Assembly: GCA_041690595.1 (NCBI GenBank)
Contig: JAWLHB010000051.1
Location: 1 to 56,260 of the forward strand
Direction of reading: 5' to 3'
Origin: Lentisphaeria bacterium
Lineage (GTDB): Bacteria > Verrucomicrobiota > Lentisphaeria > JABSQK01 > JAWLHB01
DNA length: 56,260 nt
The position numbers were made by a program, and so were the translations under genes. The notes beneath the pieces were generated by a model. The model did not search any database, was not told where the DNA came from, and saw only the letters and a list, made by a program, of their open reading frames with translations. How positions within the stretch are numbered: position 1 is the stretch's first letter; every line of letters begins with the position of its first letter. Of the stretch, positions 49,786 to 56,260 are shown one piece after another.

Positions 49786-49982
49786 ACGGGCTGGCCCTCG
49801 TGAAGGGGGTGACTGGTGAACAAGGCGGGTTGAACGAAACGTACGACATGCCAGGTCGCTTTGCAACGCCAATTCGAGCTGCCAAGGTGATTTTGGCAAG
49901 GCGACGCTTGGATTCACGCTGAAAGAGGGTATGCTTTCCTTTCGCATCTGATCAACCCGCACTTCAGCAATAGAATTTGACC

Positions 49983-51125
49983 ATGAGCAGTGATGATTGG
50001 GCATTGTCGAAAGTGATATCCGGCGGACAGAGCGGCGTCGATCACGCGGCGCTGGAGGTTGCCCGGGAAAGCGGCCTGGCAATTGGTGGCTGGTGTCCGG
50101 CGGGACGCCTCTGCGAAGATGGCATCATCGCCGCCCACTACCCTCTCCAGGAAACACCTTCGGCGGCATACATCGAGCGGACCGAATGGAATGTGCGGGA
50201 CAGCGACGGCACACTGGTGCTGGCGCGTGGCATGACCGGCGGCGGTACCGCCGCGACAATTACTCTCGCCTGCCAGTATCGACGGCCATGCCGCATCGTC
50301 AACCTCGACCAGCCCGTCGATGCACCCGGCACCATCGCTTGGTTGCGCGAGAACAGGATCCGGGTGCTGAACATCGCCGGGCCCCGTGAAAGCACAAGCG
50401 CCGGCATCGGGGCTATGGCTACCGACTACCTGCGCCAGATCCTTGCCGCGGCTCGTGCACCGGCACTCGCCCGCAGGAACGAGCGTCTCGCCCGATTTCA
50501 AGACGTGGACATCTATCCCGTCACCTGTCAGCAGCTTTCGCTGGGACGAACAGACGAGGCGATGCTCGATGCCATTATCGCCGCCGGCGCCAGAATCGTG
50601 CAACTGCGGGACAAGGAGGCGAGCAAGCGCGAGTTGTACCGCAAGGCCGAGCATTTTCGTCGCGTGACGGCGCTCCATGGCGTCTTGCTCATTATCAACG
50701 ACCACGTGGATATTGCCCTGGCTGTCGACGCCGATGGTGTCCATCTCGGCCAGGATGATCTGCCGGTCACCGTGGCGCGCAGCCTGATCCCGGACAAGAT
50801 CATCGGAGCCTCGACCCACTCGATCGAAGAGGCGTGTAAGGCAGAAACGGACGGCGCCGACTACATCAATATCGGCCCCATCTACACGACGGGGACAAAG
50901 GCAGGGATCAGTGGCTTTCTGGGGCCGGAAGCGATCCGGGAAATCGGGCCGCGGACGAAGCTGCCCTTCACGGTGATGGGCGGCATCAAGCCGCACAATC
51001 TCGCGCCGGTGCTGGAGGCTGGCGCCACGCGTATTGCCGTGGTCACCGCCATCACCATGCAGCCGGACATGGCTGGTGCCACGGCCAGCCTCAGGCAGCG
51101 CATTCTGGAAGCCCGCAAGTCGTAA
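49983..51125 (+). CDS. thiE: SLOG-family 'putative molybdenum carrier' domain fused to thiamine-phosphate synthase
   Basis: N-half KVISGGQSGVD, GGWCPAGR, ERTEWNVRDSDGTL, LNIAGPRES; C-half VQLRDK, IINDHVD, GVHLGQDD, IGASTHS, IGPIYTTGTK, MGGI. Confidence 0.88.
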   Translation: MSSDDWALSKVISGGQSGVDHAALEVARESGLAIGGWCPAGRLCEDGIIAAHYPLQETPSAAYIERTEWNVRDSDGTLVLARGMTGGGTAATITLACQYRRPCRIVNLDQPVDAPGTIAWLRENRIRVLNIAGPRESTSAGIGAMATDYLRQILAAARAPALARRNERLARFQDVDIYPVTCQQLSLGRTDEAMLDAIIAAGARIVQLRDKEASKRELYRKAEHFRRVTALHGVLLIINDHVDIALAVDADGVHLGQDDLPVTVARSLIPDKIIGASTHSIEEACKAETDGADYINIGPIYTTGTKAGISGFLGPEAIREIGPRTKLPFTVMGGIKPHNLAPVLEAGATRIAVVTAITMQPDMAGATASLRQRILEARKS

Positions 51126-51156
51126 GGATTACTCAATCAAGAGAGGGATACGAGAG

Positions 51157-52224
51157 ATGCAGAGACTTCGCGTTGGAATCATCGGACAGGGACGAAGCGG
51201 GTTGAGCATTCATGCCCATTCGCTCACCTCCATCGAAGGGCTGACCGAGCGTTACCAGATCGTTGCCGCGGCCGATCCGCTGGAAGATCGTGCCAAGCGC
51301 GCCGAGACCGATTTCGGCTGTGCGCCCTATACCGACTACCGGCAGATGCTGAAGCGCGATGATCTCGATCTGGTGATCAATGCTTCTCCCAGTCATCTGC
51401 ACGTACCCATTACGCTGGAGACCTTGGAGGCGGGTCACAATTGCCTCTCCGAAAAACCCTTTGCACGGCGGGCCGCGGATGTCGATCGCATGATCGCCGC
51501 GGCGGCAAAGTCGGGCAAACTGCTGGCCGTCTTCCAACAGTCGCGCTATGCGCCCTATTATCAGCAGGTCCTCGAAGTTCTGCGGTCGGGAGTGCTCGGC
51601 CGGATCGTCATGGCGAAGATCGCTTTTAACGGATATGCCCGGCGATGGGACTGGCAGACGCTTCAGGAGATGGATGGCGGCAACCTCCTTAACACCGGCC
51701 CACATCCCCTCGATCAGGCGCTCGGCATCATCGGACGCGATTGCACCCCGGACGTCTGGTGCCGCATGGACAGGGTCAACACCTTTGGCGATGCCGAAGA
51801 TCATGTCAAGCTCCTCCTGACCGCGCAAGACCAGCCAACCATCGACCTGGAGATCTCCTCCTGCTGCGCCTATCCCCTCTACACCTATCAGGTGTACGGC
51901 AGCCTCGGAGGTCTGACCGGCACCATGACCGAGCTGAAGTGGCGCTGGTTCAAGCCGGAGGAGGCCCCGGTGCAGACCCTTATCCGTGAACCGTTGCCTG
52001 GCCCCTCTTACTGCGGCGAGAAGCTCACCTGGCACGAGGAGAGCTGGAAGGTTCCCGAAGCACAGGGCAACCTCTTCGACAGCATGGCCGGCCGCTTCTA
52101 CAGCGATCTGTTTGACAGCATGACTCAGGGTAAGCCTCTGGTCATCCCCCCGGAGCAGGTGCGCCAGCAGATCGCCGTCATCGAAGAATGCCATCGACAG
52201 AATCCCATGAACAGACTCAGCTGA
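51157..52224 (+). CDS. Gfo/Idh/MocA family oxidoreductase
   Basis: GIIGQGRSG, SEKP, RRWDWQT, GGNLLNTGPHPLDQ. Confidence 0.9.
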   Translation: MQRLRVGIIGQGRSGLSIHAHSLTSIEGLTERYQIVAAADPLEDRAKRAETDFGCAPYTDYRQMLKRDDLDLVINASPSHLHVPITLETLEAGHNCLSEKPFARRAADVDRMIAAAAKSGKLLAVFQQSRYAPYYQQVLEVLRSGVLGRIVMAKIAFNGYARRWDWQTLQEMDGGNLLNTGPHPLDQALGIIGRDCTPDVWCRMDRVNTFGDAEDHVKLLLTAQDQPTIDLEISSCCAYPLYTYQVYGSLGGLTGTMTELKWRWFKPEEAPVQTLIREPLPGPSYCGEKLTWHEESWKVPEAQGNLFDSMAGRFYSDLFDSMTQGKPLVIPPEQVRQQIAVIEECHRQNPMNRLS

Positions 52225-52233
52225 GGTGACCCA

Positions 52234-53070
52234 GTGAAGATCCTCATCATGACCGATATGGAAGGTTGCGCGGGTGTGCTCAATCATGACGACTGGGTGA
52301 TGCGCACCGGCCCCTTTTATGACAAGGGGCTTCGCCTCCTGACGATGGAGGTCAATGCCGCCATCGAAGGGTTTTACGCGGAGGGGGCTACCGAGGTCAT
52401 GGTCGTGGATGGTCACGGTCAGGGCGGCATCGATCCGGAACTGCTGGATGAGCGAGCCTGGCTGAAGCGAGGCATCGATCACCGAACCCGCGGTGGCTGG
52501 GGACTGGATCGCACCTGTTCAGCACTGGCCTTTGTCGGCCAGCATGCCAAGGCAGGGACTCCATTCTCGCACATCACCCACACCCAATGGTTTGACCACA
52601 TAGACATGACCATCAACGGCTTGAGCATCGGCGAGTACGGCCAGTTGGCACTGCATGCCATGGAGCTTGGAATCCCGACCATCCTCGCGTGTGGTGAGGA
52701 AGCGCTGGCGAAGGAAGCCGAAGCGCTGACGCCGGGTGTGGTTACGGTCGCCGTCAAGCGCGGCACGCTGCCGGACGACGGCATGGAGCATCTGGATACG
52801 GATGCCTACCGCGCCGCGAAACTCAGCGCCGAGCACCGTTCGCCCACCGTAGCTCGCCGGATGATCCGTGAGGGCGCCATCATGGCGATGCGAAAGTTGA
52901 AGGAAAACCCGGAGAGCTTCGGCTATCCACACCTGCGCCCCCCGTATGTCCGCGAAGTCCGGCTGCGCGGCCGCAATGGGCAGCCCGGATGGCGCGCCAG
53001 AGACGAGCATCCCACCAGCCTGGCCGCCGTCATCGATGCACCATACACCAGAGTCCAGGAAACGCCTTGA
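52234..53070 (+). CDS. M55-family metallopeptidase (DppA-like D-aminopeptidase)
   Basis: MKILIMTDMEG, EVNAAIEG, DGHG, VGQHA, HT, IGE. Confidence 0.88.
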   Translation: MKILIMTDMEGCAGVLNHDDWVMRTGPFYDKGLRLLTMEVNAAIEGFYAEGATEVMVVDGHGQGGIDPELLDERAWLKRGIDHRTRGGWGLDRTCSALAFVGQHAKAGTPFSHITHTQWFDHIDMTINGLSIGEYGQLALHAMELGIPTILACGEEALAKEAEALTPGVVTVAVKRGTLPDDGMEHLDTDAYRAAKLSAEHRSPTVARRMIREGAIMAMRKLKENPESFGYPHLRPPYVREVRLRGRNGQPGWRARDEHPTSLAAVIDAPYTRVQETP

Positions 53071-53108
53071 CCGCTCATGTCTACCCATCTCAATAGGAAG
53101 CCGTAATC

Positions 53109-54269
53109 ATGGATCCAGTTCGTTTTGCTGTCATCGGCTGTGGAGCCCTCGCCCAAGGCGCGCACATCCCCAACATCGTCAAGTCTCCACGCATGCAGCT
53201 TCATACCTGCTGCGACCTCTCCGAGGAAGCGCTGGCCGTATGTCGTGACAAGTTTGGTGCGTTGCATACGACGAGCGATTATGTGGCGACCATCAATAAT
53301 CCCGAGGTCGACGCGATCTGCCTGGCAACGACCGAAAAGCTGCGTCTGCCGGTCATCCGGGTGGCGGCGGCGGCCGGCAAGCCCGTCTACTGTGAGAAGC
53401 CGCTGGCGCGGACGCTCGAAGAGGTATACGAGATCCAGCGAGTCGTCAACGAGTCGGGGATCGCATTTTGCGTCGGGCACAACCGCCGCAATTCACCCGC
53501 GATGATCGAGGCACACCGGATATGGCGCTCCCACATGACCGCGCCCCAACCGTGCCCATGGCGCTGGGATCGTGAAGGCGACCTGCGGCCCGCCATGGCG
53601 GACGATGGTATTGCCGGTATGTCCGTGCGCATCAACGACGACTGGTACTCGTGGAAATCCTGGGTCTTCGACAAGGAACAGGCCCCCCATGGCCCCATGC
53701 TTTTCGAGATGACCCACTTCACCGATATGTGCACCTGGTTCCTCGACGCCAAGCCGAAACAGGTCACCGCCATGGAGCAGGGCCTCTTCAATCATGGCAT
53801 CGTGATCGGCTATGAAACGGGTGAAATGGCCACCATCAGCATGTGCGCCAACGGTACCTTCGGCTATCCCAAAGAGCTCTACGAGCTGTTCGGGAATGGC
53901 GGCGCCCTTGTTGTCGACCACATGCTGGAGATTCGCACCGCGGGAATTACCGGCGCACCCGATCGTCGCATCTTTCCCATGGTCAACGACCGCCATCCCG
54001 AAATTGGCAAGGAAGGCGGCCTCTTCGGTTGGCTCGAGAAGAAGCGCGCGGCCTGTGCGGAAGCAGCCAAAAGCGGCAATGGCATGGACATTTTTACCGG
54101 AGAGCCCGACAAGGGACATGCCCACGCTCTGGAGCACTTTGTCGATGAATTCCGCCATAATGGCGGCAAGGTCTGCCCCGTCGACGACGCCGTCGTCGCC
54201 ACGCGCATAGCCTTTGCAGCCATCAAGTCTGCCCGCGAAGGTCGCGTCGTGCAGCTTGACGAGATCTGA
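53109..54269 (+). CDS. Gfo/Idh/MocA family oxidoreductase
   Basis: AVIGCG, YCEKP, VGHNRR, EMTHFTD. Confidence 0.9.
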   Translation: MDPVRFAVIGCGALAQGAHIPNIVKSPRMQLHTCCDLSEEALAVCRDKFGALHTTSDYVATINNPEVDAICLATTEKLRLPVIRVAAAAGKPVYCEKPLARTLEEVYEIQRVVNESGIAFCVGHNRRNSPAMIEAHRIWRSHMTAPQPCPWRWDREGDLRPAMADDGIAGMSVRINDDWYSWKSWVFDKEQAPHGPMLFEMTHFTDMCTWFLDAKPKQVTAMEQGLFNHGIVIGYETGEMATISMCANGTFGYPKELYELFGNGGALVVDHMLEIRTAGITGAPDRRIFPMVNDRHPEIGKEGGLFGWLEKKRAACAEAAKSGNGMDIFTGEPDKGHAHALEHFVDEFRHNGGKVCPVDDAVVATRIAFAAIKSAREGRVVQLDEI

Positions 54270-54288
54270 TCCCCCGTCGCTCGACAAT

Positions 54289-54318
54289 GGGGCGGGGCTC
54301 TCCAGGCAGCCCCGCCCC
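54289..54318 (+). terminator. GC-rich hairpin after the operon (terminator or REP-like)
   Basis: GGGGCGGGGCT, 8-nt loop, AGCCCCGCCCC; no U-tract. Confidence 0.4.
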
Positions 54319-54604
54319 CGGCATCTCCCGCTCCACAACCACCCCCATCATCCGTCAACGCGGTCAATGCGGTCAATGAGGTCCTGCGCTCCCACCCGTC
54401 GACCATGCTTCCCCTTATTCCCATTCTTCCCACCTGCTGTCGCCAGCCTCGCTGCTCGGCAGCCCAAGGAGTTGCGCTATGATAGTGCTTTAACCAGAGG
54501 CGTTGATGGCTTCCCGCTAAATGACTTTGGCCACAGCGCTGTGCGCACTTGGTAGAAGCAGAATCATCATCGGCAAACCTGAAGAAGAGCCAGGTTTTCT
54601 CTCC

Positions 54605-55003
54605 ATGAGCACGTTTGACGACAGAAACACGCTGGAGGACATTCTGGGCTCTATTGCCTTCACTCAGGGCTACCCAGACTACTGGAGCGAGGACGAGATC
54701 AACCGCTATCCTCGTCTGACAGGAGCCTTTCTGGAGATTCATGAACGAATCTCCGACAAGATTTCTCGAACTCGTAATAGGATTCGGGCGTCTTGGTTCG
54801 CTATCGCAAGAGACCAAGTCAATGAGGCTGAACGGCTGTACCTCGCCGGAAAGATTGACGAGGGCAAGGATCTTCTCTTCAGGGCGTCAGATCAGCTGCA
54901 ACAAGGGAACAAGGCTCACAGACGCAGAACCACCTTTGTGATTGGAGAGGGCGGCCTTGACGTGCAGAGGGCAAAAGACACCAAAGCGGAAAGAGACTGG
55001 TAA
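54605..55003 (+). CDS. Small helical hypothetical protein (immunity-protein-like)
   Basis: ORF MSTFDDRNTLED...; lower GC; similar to the downstream pseudogene; the start could be 54521. Confidence 0.6.
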   Translation: MSTFDDRNTLEDILGSIAFTQGYPDYWSEDEINRYPRLTGAFLEIHERISDKISRTRNRIRASWFAIARDQVNEAERLYLAGKIDEGKDLLFRASDQLQQGNKAHRRRTTFVIGEGGLDVQRAKDTKAERDW

Positions 55004-55085
55004 GTGGAAGTTTGGCAACCGAGCTTCGAATCGTGGCAGCGTCAAGAGCATCTTTACCCCCATGCAAACCACAAGCGGAACCAAT

Positions 55086-55401
55086 GTGAACGATACCCTG
55101 AACCAAGCCATCATCGAGAATCATCTAAACCTCAAAAATAGCTTGGTTTATTCCCAGCTTTACGGGCTTAACTATCCGGAGGAAGACCAAACTAATCTTG
55201 ATAAGGAATTCGCGACGATCATTGAGCTTATAGACTGGCTGTCATCGGCTGTTCGTCGGACTACAGGAAGCAGCAACTCCAGTTTGCACGAGAGAAGATC
55301 AAGGAGGCATTCTCGTTATACCGGTCTGGTATAGATGCAATTAAGGTAATGGAAAGCGCGTTGGAATACGTCGATCGATCAGAGCGAGATAAACCGCCGC
55401 G
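55086..55401 (+). pseudogene. Frameshifted, IS-truncated paralogue of the upstream small protein
   Basis: The first frame reads NYPEEDQTNLDKEFATIIELIDWLSSAVR. After a -1 shift near 55256 it reads DYRKQQLQFAREKIKEAFSLYRSGIDAIKVMESALEYVDRSERDKPPR and is then cut by the IS21 end. Confidence 0.6.
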
Positions 55402-55497
55402 TGTCAGCGGGCACCCAAAGTAGGCCAGTGATGGGCACCTCAAAGTAGGCCACCTTCAGTGCCATAGTATGGCTCTTCAACCTTAGGAGAGCTTGGT

Positions 55498-56164
55498 ATG
55501 GCGAACTACCTGAAGGAGTCTGAGGTGCATAGCATCGAAGTATTGCTGGAACGAGGCTGGTCACAGCGCCGGATTGCTCGTGAACTGGGTATGAGTCGCA
55601 CGACGGTCTCACGATACGTGGAACGGCAGAACGCTGATGCTGATAGTGAGCCAGGGGTGCCCACCGGGTCTGCGGATCAAAGTAGGCCAGGGGTGCCCAC
55701 CGGGTCTGCGGATCAAAGTAGGCCAGGGGTGCCCACCGGGTCTGCGGATCAAAGTAGGCCAGGGGTGCCCACCGGGTCTGAGGAGAGCCAGAGTCTGTGT
55801 GTGCCGTTTCATGAATGCATCGAGAACGCCCTGAAGTCAGGGCTGACGGCGCAGCGGATTCACCAAGACTTGGTCGCCGATACAGGTGGACTTCGGGCAA
55901 GGCGCCCTGGTGGTCGATCAGGATGGCAAGCGGCGGCGTCCGCATCTTTTCCGGCTGGTCCTCAGTCATTCGGGCAAAGGCTACTGCGAGTGCACCTGGC
56001 GGCAGGATACGGAAAGCTTCATCCGGGCGCTGGAGAACGGTTTCAGAGCGCTGGGCGGTGTGCCGAAAACACTGGTCACGGACAACCTGAAGGCGGCGGT
56101 CATCAAGGCGGACTGGGTGGATCCGGATCTCAACCCGAAGCTGGCAGATTTCTGTCGTCACTAC
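55498..56164 (+). pseudogene. istA: IstA transposase pseudogene (internal deletion and frameshift)
   Basis: HTH MANYLK...GWSQRRIARELGMSRTTVSRYV, then LTAQRIHQDLVAD jumps out of frame to QVDFG...LSHS...GGVPKTLVTDNLKAAV...FCRHY. Confidence 0.85.
55650..55780. repeat. 36-bp tandem repeat (about 3.6 copies) inside istA
   Basis: CCAGGGGTGCCCACCGGGTCTG starts at 55651, 55687, 55723 and 55759; encodes PGVPTGSADQSR. Confidence 0.95.
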
Positions 56165-56260
56165 GTAAGCGTCAAAAATACCCCATGTTGTTTTTGGGGC
56201 CAGACGCCTACGCGGCTTGGGCCTTGGCTTCGCGCTTTGCTTTCCAGACGTCGGGGAGGA
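56165..56260. mobile_element. Probable IS66-family terminal inverted repeat (element continues outside window)
   Basis: istA homology stops abruptly at GTAAGCGTC, the typical IS66 terminus. Confidence 0.55.

Larger units (their letters stand above)
55402..56164 (+). mobile_element. IS21-family element, left portion (decayed)
   Basis: Terminus TGTCAGCGGGCACC with twice-repeated GGGCACC(T)CAAAGTAGGCCA (55402-55452), followed by istA. Confidence 0.85.

Noticed and set aside
55650..55780. CRISPR-like 36-bp repeats
   Set aside because: The copies are head-to-tail with no spacers and lie in frame within istA

Overview
This is a high-GC bacterial chromosomal window. The gene content suggests PVC superphylum, most likely Lentisphaerae-like: a pilin-like H-X9-DG protein, a GntR/solute-binding fusion, DUF4838, sulfatases and four Gfo/Idh/MocA oxidoreductases. 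That assignment is inference. Carbohydrate catabolism occupies about 1.9-14.8 kb and 33.8-43.6 kb. Other recognisable genes are a LemA-TPM-TPM operon, a cation:proton antiporter-EIIA fusion, a chemoreceptor, oligoendopeptidase F, a DtxR/MntR regulator, a large GH13-glycogen synthase fusion, an HNH nuclease, a PpiD-like PPIase, an RfaE-II adenylyltransferase, a SLOG-ThiE fusion and an M55 peptidase. Both ends carry mobile-element debris, including a decayed IS21 apparently interrupted by an IS66-like end. I found no rRNA, tRNA or CRISPR array. The most unusual items are: (1) two adjacent uncharacterised genes (21180-25400) that together carry three copies of a ~195-aa domain ending in a GrpE-like motif; (2) a promoter-driven, GGA-rich ~830-nt leader containing an 81-90 bp tandem array upstream of the DtxR/MntR and glycogen genes; (3) a 58-aa basic protein absent from the ORF track, with its own promoter and terminator; (4) a CZB zinc site placed between the two TM helices of an MCP. 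All family calls come from motif recognition by eye; no searches were run.
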